Assembly: GCF_000016745.1 (NCBI RefSeq)
Contig: NC_009483.1
Span: forward strand, 3,360,001 to 3,392,000
DNA: 32,000 nucleotides
Source of the DNA: Geotalea uraniireducens Rf4
Lineage (GTDB): Bacteria; Desulfobacterota; Desulfuromonadia; Geobacterales; Geobacteraceae
Reading direction: 5' to 3'
The translations under genes and the position numbers were made by a program. This document shows, piece by piece, positions 17,430 through 25,897 of this stretch. The notes below the pieces were generated by a model. The model had not been told where the DNA came from, searched no databases, and saw only the letters and a list, made by a program, of their open reading frames with translations. Numbering within the stretch: position 1 is the stretch's first letter; every line of letters starts with the position of its first letter.

Positions 17430-17465
17430 CATAATGATTTTCATTATAACGCGAGATAATGATTG
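17430..17465. promoter_or_regulatory. Fur box pair overlapping a -10-like element upstream of the ferritin gene
   Basis: cataatgattttcattata (17430-17448) matches 15/19 positions of the classical Fur box GATAATGATAATCATTATC and is itself a palindrome (ATAATGA-ttt-TCATTAT). An adjacent half-site gataatgattgc lies at 17454-17465. The minus-strand TATAAT (17443-17448) falls inside the box. Confidence 0.6.
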
Positions 17466-17479
17466 CGCCAGTAAAAATG

Positions 17480-18994
17480 TCACGGACCGAGATTGCAGAC
17501 TGCCTTCTCCGCTTCTACGAGCAGCCGCCACAGGTCTTCGCTGTCACCCAGGCCGAGCTTGATAAGATAGGCGGCAATGCTCAGGTTCGTCCTGGCCCGA
17601 AACAGTTCCACCTGCCGGCCAAAGTCTGCGCTGACGCTATCAGCGGCCTCCAGATACGCGTTCAGAAAAAGGGATTCGGGGCAATTGCGCAGGATTTCTT
17701 CGTGATTGAAGAACTGGTTGCGGAACTGGGCCAGAAAGCAGCCGATATCAAACGCGGGGGGAAGCAAAAGGGAACTTTCGAAGTCTATGGCCGCCACATA
17801 GAGGGTAGCCCGGTTCTCCTGTCTGTCCTGGCCGACGAAAACATTTTTGGGATGGAAATCTCCATGCCCCTGCACCAGAAGAGCCGGGGCGTCCCTGACC
17901 AGTTGCTGCTCGGCCTCCCGCACCACTGCCGCAATTTCCGAGGCCTTGCGCAGTTGGGAATGACGAATGTCCGCAAACCGTTCAATATATTTACCGAGCC
18001 TTTTTGATTCCCTTTCCAGAAACTCATCGGCTGGGGTTATCACAAGTCGGCAATTGTGCAGCTTAGCCAGCCAGCGGGCAGTTAAGCGAAGATATTCCGC
18101 GCCGTCCTCCACGGATGCGGTGAGCAGCTTGTCGAACAACGACTTGCCGCGCATCCCCTGCTCGATGAGGGTCATGGAAGCGGCATCCTCGTCGATTGGC
18201 CGCGGCACCCGGTAAAGGCCGCCGTCAAACCCGTGGCTAAACACCGTTTTCATAATATGATAGCCACGTTCCGCCGCATTCCATTTCTGCCGGTTCTCAA
18301 GGGTCTTGATGATAATTCTTTCCCGCTCCTCATCCATCCCTTTGGTGCCGATGGTGACTTCCGTCACCCGGCTATTGGCGCCTGAGCGGGGAATCTCCTT
18401 GAGGAAAGGACGGCAACGCCCCCGTCTGATTTCCTCAGCCAATTCCGCAATGTTATTTATCGGATGATCGAAATAGGTGGGATACGTCCCCGCATAGCTC
18501 TTTCCGTGAGTATCGGTGCCGGCGATGGCAGTGAACCGGTAGCGGTGCCAGTCCTGGAGTCCCCGAGTGTTCCCCCTCACCGTGTGGTTGGAATTGAATA
18601 TCTCGATGCCGTCCAGAAGCGGGTCCTGGAGTTCCTCTTCCGACGGGATTCTTGATCCCCGGTAGGGATGGGCCCAGACAAGCGCCGCCTCGGGATAAAG
18701 CCGGCGGACTTCAAGAAGCGGGGTGCCGCGCGGTAATGTCCGGGTTGCCCCGAAAACCAGGACATCGCCGATTTCCGCACTGCTCAGCTCCTGCCCGGAA
18801 AGGATAAGGAAGTGGTCCGGCACCTCAGCGGCCCGTCGCAGCGAATTCAGATCCTCCATAGCCCAGAGGTGGTGGTGATCGGTCAGGACGATCCCTTGCA
18901 GCCCCTTGGCAAATACCCGCCTGACCAGTTCAACAGCGGAAACGCTGCTGCACGGTGAATGTTCCGCGGTATGAGAATGCATCTCGATGAGCAT
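17480..18994 (-). CDS. Fusion protein: N-terminal PHP-family phosphoesterase domain plus C-terminal aminoglycoside-phosphotransferase-like (APH/protein-kinase-fold) domain
   Basis: 504 aa. PHP metal-ligand pattern MHSHTAEHS..., VLTDHHH, WAHPYR, AGTDTHG. C-terminal kinase-fold catalytic loop HGDFHPKNVFV and metal-binding IDFE. Confidence 0.75.
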   Translation of the reverse strand: MLIEMHSHTAEHSPCSSVSAVELVRRVFAKGLQGIVLTDHHHLWAMEDLNSLRRAAEVPDHFLILSGQELSSAEIGDVLVFGATRTLPRGTPLLEVRRLYPEAALVWAHPYRGSRIPSEEELQDPLLDGIEIFNSNHTVRGNTRGLQDWHRYRFTAIAGTDTHGKSYAGTYPTYFDHPINNIAELAEEIRRGRCRPFLKEIPRSGANSRVTEVTIGTKGMDEERERIIIKTLENRQKWNAAERGYHIMKTVFSHGFDGGLYRVPRPIDEDAASMTLIEQGMRGKSLFDKLLTASVEDGAEYLRLTARWLAKLHNCRLVITPADEFLERESKRLGKYIERFADIRHSQLRKASEIAAVVREAEQQLVRDAPALLVQGHGDFHPKNVFVGQDRQENRATLYVAAIDFESSLLLPPAFDIGCFLAQFRNQFFNHEEILRNCPESLFLNAYLEAADSVSADFGRQVELFRARTNLSIAAYLIKLGLGDSEDLWRLLVEAEKAVCNLGP

Positions 18995-18997
18995 GAA

Positions 18998-19765
18998 TTA
19001 TGGTTTCTCCGTTTTCTCCAGGAACATCTTGATCAGGTCGATCGGCACGGGGAAAATGGTGGTGGAGTTCTTCTCCGCTGCAATCTCGGTCAGGGTTTGC
19101 AGATAGCGGAGCTGCAGAGACATGGGCTCGCCGGACATGACATGGGCCGCACCCGCCAGTTTCTCCGAGGCCTGCAATTCGCCTTCTGCATGGATGATTT
19201 TGGCGCGCCGTTCCCGCTCAGCCTCGGCCTGTTTGGCAATGGCACGCAGCATCTCCTGGGGCAGGTCGATGTTCTTCACCTCAACGTTGGCAATCTTTAC
19301 CCCCCACGGGCCGGTATGGCGATCGAGGATTTCCTGCAGTTCCATGTTGATCTTTTCCCGGTTGGCCAAGAGTTCATCCAGCTCCACCTGTCCCAGTACA
19401 CTACGCAGGGTGGTCTGGGAAAGCTGACTGGTGGCATAGAGATAGTTCTCCACCTCGATGATCGCCTTCTCCGGGGCCATGACCCGGAAATAGACGACCG
19501 CAGACACCTTGACCGTAACATTGTCATGGGTTATGACGTCCTGCGGCGGCACATCGAAAACTACGGTACGCAGAGAAACCCGCACGAGCCTATCGATGCC
19601 GGGAATGATGAAAAAGAGCCCGGGACCCCGCACACCGACAAACCGTCCGAGACGGAAGAGCACGCCGCGCTCGTATTCCGGGAGTATCCTGATGGCGCTC
19701 GCCGCAAACATGAGCAGCAGGATGAGGACAAAGACAAACGGCACGTAATTAAAGATGTCGGACAT
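18998..19765 (-). CDS. SPFH/band-7 (stomatin/slipin-like) membrane protein
   Basis: The ORF track gives 18998..19786. ATG 19765 ([18 protein letters not shown]...) has GGAGG about 8 nt upstream. Stomatin-type core: [16 protein letters not shown]...[19 protein letters not shown]...[13 protein letters not shown]. Confidence 0.9.
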   Translation of the reverse strand: MSDIFNYVPFVFVLILLLMFAASAIRILPEYERGVLFRLGRFVGVRGPGLFFIIPGIDRLVRVSLRTVVFDVPPQDVITHDNVTVKVSAVVYFRVMAPEKAIIEVENYLYATSQLSQTTLRSVLGQVELDELLANREKINMELQEILDRHTGPWGVKIANVEVKNIDLPQEMLRAIAKQAEAERERRAKIIHAEGELQASEKLAGAAHVMSGEPMSLQLRYLQTLTEIAAEKNSTTIFPVPIDLIKMFLEKTEKP

Positions 19766-19789
19766 TGAGAACCTCCATGATTTCATTCG

Positions 19790-19850
19790 GTAGGGGCAAC
19801 CCTATGTGGTTGTCCTTCTTTTAAGGGCGGCCACCCAGGGCCGCCCCTAC
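19790..19850 (-). other. Intercistronic GC-rich nested hairpin between nfeD and the SPFH gene
   Basis: Inner stem gggcggcc / ggccgccc (19825-19832 / 19839-19846, 6 nt loop). Outer pairing gtaggggc / gcccctac (19790-19797 / 19843-19850). It overlaps the nfeD stop codon and is followed by no T-run. Confidence 0.45.
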
Positions 19851-21121
19851 GCCTTTTTCACCTTGACCCGCATTCCATCCACCGCTACGACCTCTATTTT
19901 ATCGTTCGGCGCGATCTGTTCATCGCTAAAGGCCTGCCAGTATTCGCCCCGCACGAAAACCTTCCCTTCCGGGTCAATCGCCGTCTCCGCCCGCCCCGTT
20001 TCGCCGATCAGTCCTTCCCGGCCGGATACGGGCTTTCTGCGGTGGGCCTTGACGGCAAGGGTCACGGCGCAGACGGCAAATACGGTTGTTGCCAGCACCG
20101 TCACGATGATTACGCTCCATGACACGCGCAGGTATGGTTCCGGCGATTCAAACAATAAAAGCGATCCAAGGATCATGGAAATCACCCCTCCGACTGTCAG
20201 CATTCCGTGGGAAACGATCTTAATCTCGGCAATGAAAAGAACGATCGCCAGCAGTATCAGGAGTACCCCGGCATAGTTGACCGGCAGGGTCTGGAAAGCG
20301 AAAAAGGCGAGAATGAGGGAAATGCCGCCGATAACCCCGGGGAGTATGACGCCGGGATTGGAAAGCTCGAAGAAGATCCCTAGAAATCCGAGCATCATCA
20401 GCACGTAGGCCACATTGGGGTTGCTGATGACGTTCAGTATCTTTTCCCTCGTCGCCATTTCGTATTCTTTTACTTCGGCACCGGTCAGATCCAAGGCGAC
20501 CGACTTGCCGTTCCTGAGAACGTTACGGCCGTCCAGCTTCCGCAACAACTCCCCCCGGTCTGCGGCGATCAGATCGATTACTTTGCCCTCCAACGCCTTT
20601 TCTGCCGACAGGGAAAGGCTTTCCCGCACCATTTGTTTCGCAAGCACCTCATTCCTGCCCCGCTTTCGCGCGATACCTTCAACATAGGCTTCCGCGTCGT
20701 TCACGAGCTTTTCCTGCATTACCTTGTCCGGCTTCTCGCCGATACTGACGGGATGGGCGGCGCCGATGTTGGTTCCAGGCGCCATGGCGCAGATATCGGC
20801 AGCAAGTGCAATGACGGCGCCAGCCGATGCGGCACGGGCTCCGCTCGGAGCAACATAGACGACAACCGGCACCGGACTGGCCATGACATCCTTGACACTG
20901 TCGCGCATGGCACTGTCCAGTCCTCCGGGGGTATCCATCTCCACAAGCAGAAGCATCTCGTTGCTGCGTGCAGCCTCACGCAGGTTGCGTTTCAGATAAT
21001 CAGCGGTGACGGGATTTATGGGCCCATTTATGTCGATGCTCCGCACAACCCCTTTACCGGCAACTGCCGGGAACGAATACGTCATGATGAACAGGGTCAG
21101 GATCAATAAGCGCAGCATCAT
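19847..21121 (-). CDS. NfeD-family membrane-bound serine protease (ClpP-class), partner of the SPFH protein
   Basis: The ORF track gives 19847..21187. I prefer ATG 21121/21118 (MMLRLLILTLFIMTYSFPAVAG signal), with GGAGG just upstream. ClpP-like N-terminal domain (GGLDSAMRDSV...SAGAVIALAAD), multiple TM helices, and a C-terminal NfeD OB-fold (VFVRGEYWQAFSDEQI..NDKIEVVAVDGMRVKV). Confidence 0.88.
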   Translation of the reverse strand: MMLRLLILTLFIMTYSFPAVAGKGVVRSIDINGPINPVTADYLKRNLREAARSNEMLLLVEMDTPGGLDSAMRDSVKDVMASPVPVVVYVAPSGARAASAGAVIALAADICAMAPGTNIGAAHPVSIGEKPDKVMQEKLVNDAEAYVEGIARKRGRNEVLAKQMVRESLSLSAEKALEGKVIDLIAADRGELLRKLDGRNVLRNGKSVALDLTGAEVKEYEMATREKILNVISNPNVAYVLMMLGFLGIFFELSNPGVILPGVIGGISLILAFFAFQTLPVNYAGVLLILLAIVLFIAEIKIVSHGMLTVGGVISMILGSLLLFESPEPYLRVSWSVIIVTVLATTVFAVCAVTLAVKAHRRKPVSGREGLIGETGRAETAIDPEGKVFVRGEYWQAFSDEQIAPNDKIEVVAVDGMRVKVKKA

Positions 21122-21234
21122 TGCCTCCGCAAACCTACCAGAAAAGTATACTTGCTGTGTAGTCACCGTCAAATGGGGCCTTGCCAATTTGATACATAAA
21201 TGTTATTTTTCATCTTGCTCTAATGGTGCTACCA

Positions 21235-22614
21235 ATGAAAGATCGTGTAAAAATCCTGCTGATAGAGGACGAAGAGCCGAGCCGTGAAGCGCTGTTGCTT
21301 CTTCTGAAAGGGAATGGCTTTTCCATCAAGGGGTGCGGCTCCGGCATGGAAGGACTCCGGCTCATGGAAACGGATCGATTCGACATCGTCATTTCCGACC
21401 TTTTCCTTCCCGATATCAGCGGCATAGATATCCTGCAACAGATAAAGGACAGCTCCCCGCACACGGAAGTTATCCTCATCACCGGTCATGCCTCTGCCGA
21501 AACCGCTGTCAAGGCCATGAAAGAAGGGGCCTTCGACTATATCACCAAACCGCTCAACATCGACGAACTCCGCATCATCATTGACAAGGCGGTGGAAAAA
21601 CACCTGCTTGTCAACGAAAACGTCTACCTGAAAAAACAACTCCGCGACAAATACGAATTCGCCAACATCATCGGCAGTTCACCGGCAATGCAGCACGTTT
21701 TTTCCCGGATGAAGAGGATCATCAAGACCGACTCGACAGTCCTGATCCTCGGCGAATCGGGGACCGGCAAGGAGCTGGTGGCCAAGGCAGTCCACTTCAA
21801 CGGCGCGCGCCGGGAGAAACCCTTCATTGCCATCAATTGCTCCGCCATCCCGGAAAACCTCCTGGAGTCCGAGCTGTTCGGTCATACCAAGGGTTCGTTC
21901 ACTGGCGCCATCCGGGACAAGATCGGCAAATTCGAGGCCGCCAACCATGGCACAATTTTCCTCGACGAGATAGGGACTCTCCCCATGCACTTGCAGACAA
22001 AGCTTTTGCGCGTTCTGCAGGAAGAGGAAGTGGAAAAGGTCGGCTCAAACAAGCCGATAAAGCTCGACGCGCGGGTGATTTCCGCCACAAACGTCGACCT
22101 TGAAGAAGAGGTGAAACGGGGAAACTTTCGGGAAGACCTTTATTACCGGCTGAACGTCATTCCGATCACCATTCCGCCGCTTAGGGAAAGGACCGAAGAC
22201 ATCCTCCCCCTGATCCGCCATTTCCTGGAAAAAAATTGCCTGGAGATGCACCGGAGCGTCATGAGCATCGATAAAGAAGCATTCGAAGCACTGGAGCTTT
22301 ATCAATGGCCGGGCAATGTAAGGGAGCTGGAAAACGTGATGGAGCGGATCGTCGCCCTAACCGAAGGGGACCATATAACGCTGCACGACCTTCCCCCCAA
22401 TATCAACAGGGCCTACAGCGAGCGTGAGGAATCGTCTACCCGTGTTACGGAAGACGGAGTGGACCTGGTAAAAACGGTCAACGAGATCGAAAGGAAAATG
22501 ATCGGTGAAGCCCTGGTACTGGCCAAGGGGGTCAAGGCCAGGGCGGCGGTGATGCTCAATCTGAACCGGACGACGCTGGTGGAAAAGATGAAGAGGCTGG
22601 GGATGGAGCAGTGA
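21235..22614 (+). CDS. Sigma-54-dependent two-component response regulator (NtrC family)
   Basis: Receiver domain (KILLIEDE...DIVISDLFLPD...KP), AAA+ sigma-54 activation domain (GESGTGKE, GSFTGA, ESELFGH) and a C-terminal Fis-type HTH. An alternative start 12 nt upstream (21223) is in the ORF track. Confidence 0.93.
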   Translation: MKDRVKILLIEDEEPSREALLLLLKGNGFSIKGCGSGMEGLRLMETDRFDIVISDLFLPDISGIDILQQIKDSSPHTEVILITGHASAETAVKAMKEGAFDYITKPLNIDELRIIIDKAVEKHLLVNENVYLKKQLRDKYEFANIIGSSPAMQHVFSRMKRIIKTDSTVLILGESGTGKELVAKAVHFNGARREKPFIAINCSAIPENLLESELFGHTKGSFTGAIRDKIGKFEAANHGTIFLDEIGTLPMHLQTKLLRVLQEEEVEKVGSNKPIKLDARVISATNVDLEEEVKRGNFREDLYYRLNVIPITIPPLRERTEDILPLIRHFLEKNCLEMHRSVMSIDKEAFEALELYQWPGNVRELENVMERIVALTEGDHITLHDLPPNINRAYSEREESSTRVTEDGVDLVKTVNEIERKMIGEALVLAKGVKARAAVMLNLNRTTLVEKMKRLGMEQ

Positions 22615-22709
22615 AGCTTTTGCTATTATACTGAACCACGCTCGTCGCCAATAACAACTCCTCCCTGCACACTCTGCACATTGACCTCAAAGCCGCCACA
22701 ACTGCACAC

Positions 22710-22878
22710 CTAGGAGCCTGTCGGACTTAGGAATGAATCTACTGCGAGAACGGAAAATCGGTCCATATTCCCGGAAATTTTCGACAAATAGGTCCACTAT
22801 TCGCTCTCAAATTTCCGATAATCTGTCCTCGATTTGCCATTCTCTCGTTACGATTCCCTAAGTCCGACAGGCTCCTAG
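22710..22878. mobile_element. 169 bp palindromic MITE-like element with perfect 22 bp terminal inverted repeats
   Basis: ctaggagcctgtcggacttagg (22710-22731) is the exact reverse complement of cctaagtccgacaggctcctag (22857-22878). The interior is also an imperfect palindrome (gaatctactgcgagaacggaaaatcgg...cggaaattt versus aaatttccg...cgatttgccattctctcgttacgattc). It has no coding capacity. Confidence 0.7.
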
Positions 22879-23079
22879 ATATCAATTTCATCACTTGTCT
22901 CCTTCCTCATCATAAGCGCAGGTGGTTTTCCACCCCGAAACGTACTTTCGGAAGAGGTTTAAGTTATTGACAACAAAGACATAAAGTGCAATAACTGCGC
23001 GTAATCCCTGTTGATTCCTGATTTTTTAGTCCCTCTCCGCAATCCCGAATTTTGATCAAAGCCCGGGAGGCAACCTAGT

Positions 23080-24228
23080 TTGAGCAAATATCAGTATTAC
23101 GAGTTTCTCGCCATTGACCGCCCGCTCTCGCAAAAGGAGATGGAGCACATGAGGGCACTATCCTCCAGGGGACACATCACTCCGGTCAGCTTTTCCAACG
23201 AATATCATTGGGGCAACTTCAAGGGTGATCCCAATGGTTTGATGCGGCGTTTCTATGATGCACATGTCTATCTTGCCAACTGGGGAACGGCAGTTTTCAT
23301 GCTCCGTCTTCCCATGACTGCTCTTGACCGCAAGGTTTTAAAGGCGTTCACGGTTAACGGGGTGTTCGAGGTTGAAGCCTCTCCGACGCACTGGATTTGT
23401 TCATGGAACCTGGATGACTCGGAGGATTACGACCGGGTCGGCCCGGAAGATGGCTCCGGCTGGATGGCGCGGCTCGCGCCGCTGCGCGAGGAGCTTCTGC
23501 GCGGCGATCTGCGCAGTCTTTACATAGGCTGGCTGGCAGCGGTTTCCATGGGCGCGGATGAGGACGAGTTGGAACCGCCGATGCCTGACGGTCTCGCCCC
23601 TTTTACCGCGGCGCAGGAAGCCCTTGCCGAGTTCCTTGAGGTGGATATCGATCTGCTGGCAGGTGCGGGCATGGAGCGCCCCAACGCCCGGAGCATGGCT
23701 TGTGAGCACGAGATCGACCCCTGGCTGGACGCGTTGCCGATGGCGGAGATGCGTCTCTTGGTGCGAAAGCTCTTGACCGGCCAGGAAGTTGAGGCCGAGC
23801 GCGAGGTGAAAAGCCGGTTTGCCGCTTGGCGCAAAAGCACCGGCGATGCACCTGCCGCTCTCCCGCGAAGGACAGTGGCGGAGCTGTGGCAATTGGCAGA
23901 AAAGGCCGAGGAGGCCCGTCTTCTGCAAGAGAAAAAGCGGCGTGAGCAGGCGGAGGCCAAGCGGCTCAAGGAGCGGGAAGCGAATCTCGCTAGGCTGGCC
24001 GAAAATTTCCCCAAGGCTTGGCAGGCTGTCAACCAGCGGGTGCAGGTAGGGTCGGGAAAGGCGTATGATGAAGCCTGTCAGGCTCTGGTCGATCTGGCCG
24101 AGGCGTATGCCAAACACGCCAGCAAGCAAGCCTTCGATGCCGAGTTGCGCCGGTTCATGGCCGGCCATGGGCAACGGAAGAGTCTGATGCAGCGGCTGGT
24201 GAAGGCGAAGCTAATGCGGAGTGCTTGA
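23080..24228 (+). CDS. Hypothetical protein: conserved-looking N-terminal domain plus a charged coiled-coil C-terminal half
   Basis: 382 aa. TTG start with GGGAGG 10 nt upstream. N-terminus MSKYQYYEFLAIDRPLSQKEM...; C-terminal Lys/Glu/Arg-rich helix (EKAEEARLLQEKKRREQAEAKRLKEREANLARL). The long antisense ORFs here are typical high-GC artefacts. I cannot assign a family. Confidence 0.7.
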   Translation: MSKYQYYEFLAIDRPLSQKEMEHMRALSSRGHITPVSFSNEYHWGNFKGDPNGLMRRFYDAHVYLANWGTAVFMLRLPMTALDRKVLKAFTVNGVFEVEASPTHWICSWNLDDSEDYDRVGPEDGSGWMARLAPLREELLRGDLRSLYIGWLAAVSMGADEDELEPPMPDGLAPFTAAQEALAEFLEVDIDLLAGAGMERPNARSMACEHEIDPWLDALPMAEMRLLVRKLLTGQEVEAEREVKSRFAAWRKSTGDAPAALPRRTVAELWQLAEKAEEARLLQEKKRREQAEAKRLKEREANLARLAENFPKAWQAVNQRVQVGSGKAYDEACQALVDLAEAYAKHASKQAFDAELRRFMAGHGQRKSLMQRLVKAKLMRSA

Positions 24229-24512
24229 AACTCCGGTTCGGAGGCCGCGCAAGCGGCTGAATCTCGCCTGAAGCAGGAACCCTCTGTTCATACATGCAGT
24301 GGAAACAGTCAATACCGTCGGGGAGCACGTGAAGTGAAAAGGAGCCCAAGCAACGTACAGATACGGCATCAGCGCATACCTACGAAAACAAGTTTATCCA
24401 GCCTGATTCGGATGAGCGGTTCGCCTTTATCGCAGGGTATACCGACGGTGGCTTCCCGTACGGAACCACATGGGATGAATTGCCGGGAGAGACTTATGCC
24501 GAGGAGGCGACG

Positions 24513-24923
24513 ATGACGGATAGAAAAGCCTCGAACGCCACATTCCGCGAGTGGACTCCGGATTTCGACAAATGGCCGAGTTCATGGATGGGTGTCAAGG
24601 AAGATCTCGAATACGGCAGGAAGATCCTCCCCTATTTCGAACATTTCCTCCAGGAATTGTATGATGAAGGTTTCTCCAGAAAGACCTTTGTCCAGTATCG
24701 GGATAATCTGTGGCTTCTGGGCGGAACGATCATCACGGGGGTCTCGAATTACGAGGAACACCACATCGATCCGTTTGAGAAACTGTATGATTCTGTAATA
24801 TCTGACGGCATCCTCCCTGATCATTATGATGATATGAGTGAAGCCGAGTTGTATGCTTTTGCCAGAATGTGCCGCAGGTTAGAGAAGTTTCTTGATCAGC
24901 ATTATCGGGCTCTTTTCTTATAA
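24513..24923 (+). CDS. Hypothetical protein; the central region resembles a phage-integrase SAM-like (core-binding) N-terminal domain
   Basis: ATG 24513 with GAGGAGG 6 nt upstream (the ORF track starts at TTG 24480). YFEHFLQELYDEGFSRKTFVQYRDNLWLLGG recalls the F..FL..L...G.S..T...Y...L pattern. The reading frame stays open and protein-like upstream as far as a TGA at 24330 (see findings). Confidence 0.6.
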   Translation: MTDRKASNATFREWTPDFDKWPSSWMGVKEDLEYGRKILPYFEHFLQELYDEGFSRKTFVQYRDNLWLLGGTIITGVSNYEEHHIDPFEKLYDSVISDGILPDHYDDMSEAELYAFARMCRRLEKFLDQHYRALFL

Positions 24924-24937
24924 AACTGGAGAGGCAA

Positions 24938-25792
24938 ATGAAGATGAAAAAGAGTGGGAAAAACGCCCACCCCGCAGCCAGGGCCGTACTGGAAGATCTC
25001 GGCAACAAGGAGTGGCGTTTCGCTGAGATACCGTATGAAACGGAGATGAAGTTTAACGATCTGCTCGACGCGCGGGATTTTGGCAGCGTCACTCCTGCGG
25101 AGATGGAGCGGCAACTCAGGGAGCTGCTGCATGAGACGCCCAACTTCATCGATGTGTATCATCATCTGGCGATGCTTCTCGACCAGCGGGGGAAGAGACA
25201 TGAGGCCCAACTGCTGTGGCAGCAGGCGGTGAACATCGGCATGCAGTGTTTCATCGAAAAGTTCAGCGCCGCCGGCAACAAGCTGGAATGGGGCTGGCTC
25301 GAAAACCGCCCCTTTCTGCGAGCCTATCATTCACTTGGACTTCAACACATGGAGAGCGGTAATACCGAGATGGCCCTCTCCATCTTCAGGACGATCATGT
25401 CCCTGAATTCGGGCGACAACCAGGGTGTCCGTGCGCTCGTGGTCGATTGCTGCCTGAAACTGAAAATGTACAAGGACGCCCTGGCGGTATGCGAGGATTC
25501 GCTCGGCGACCACATGGCCGAAACGGTGTACGGCCGCGTTCTGGCTCTTGTCGCCCTCAAGCGGATGACCCAGGCGGAAAAGGCGCTCCGGCAGGCGGTT
25601 ACTGTTTTGCCGTTGGTGGCGGGAGAGCTTGTGAAAACCCGCCATACGCGACCGAGGAATATGCGCGAAGGGCACTATACCGTCGGCGGAGCCGATCAGG
25701 CTTGGTACTACTGGCAGGAGGCGGGAGAGTATTGGGTGCAGGTGCTGGGGGCGATTGAGTTTGTCAGGGAGCGGTTGAAGGGGCGGGGGTAG
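24938..25792 (+). CDS. Hypothetical TPR-like helical repeat protein
   Basis: 284 aa, with GGAGAGG SD 5 nt upstream. Helical-repeat signature (PFLRAYHSLGLQHMESGNTEMALSIFRTIMSLNSGDNQGVRALVVDCCLKLKMYKDALAVCE...). Confidence 0.7.
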   Translation: MKMKKSGKNAHPAARAVLEDLGNKEWRFAEIPYETEMKFNDLLDARDFGSVTPAEMERQLRELLHETPNFIDVYHHLAMLLDQRGKRHEAQLLWQQAVNIGMQCFIEKFSAAGNKLEWGWLENRPFLRAYHSLGLQHMESGNTEMALSIFRTIMSLNSGDNQGVRALVVDCCLKLKMYKDALAVCEDSLGDHMAETVYGRVLALVALKRMTQAEKALRQAVTVLPLVAGELVKTRHTRPRNMREGHYTVGGADQAWYYWQEAGEYWVQVLGAIEFVRERLKGRG

Positions 25793-25897
25793 AGGGCTTC
25801 TGTTGAATAGAAGACGTCTGGAGGGGGCGCAATAAATTGTCCGAGAAGGAGTTTGATTTACTAAATTCAAGATGAAGGGGCTTGAGGAGAGTAGCGT

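Noticed and set aside
22967-22995. Sigma-70-like promoter TTGACA-17 nt-AATAAC upstream of the first island gene
   Set aside because: The -35 is perfect, but the -10 lacks the conserved final T and matches only 4/6. This is too weak to list as a feature without TSS data.
22615-23079. Search for a tRNA/tmRNA gene or an integrase att site at the island boundary
   Set aside because: I found no cloverleaf-compatible segment (no GTTCRANYC T-loop with matching acceptor stems) in the junction. Only the palindromic element is present.
18959-24174. Antisense ORFs 18959..19768(+), 19806..20276(+), 20633..21109(+), 21229..21639(-) and 23401..24174(-)
   Set aside because: For the same reason: they mirror the SPFH, NfeD, response-regulator and 382 aa genes. 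The 23401..24174 ORF is long, but its product is Arg/Pro/Leu-biased and has no start context, whereas the plus-strand gene has an SD and a structured N-terminal domain.
24330-24380. Selenocysteine recoding of the in-frame TGA at 24330
   Set aside because: There is no convincing stem-loop at the distance expected for a bacterial SECIS, and no Cys/redox motif context around the TGA. It is kept only as one of several explanations in the finding.
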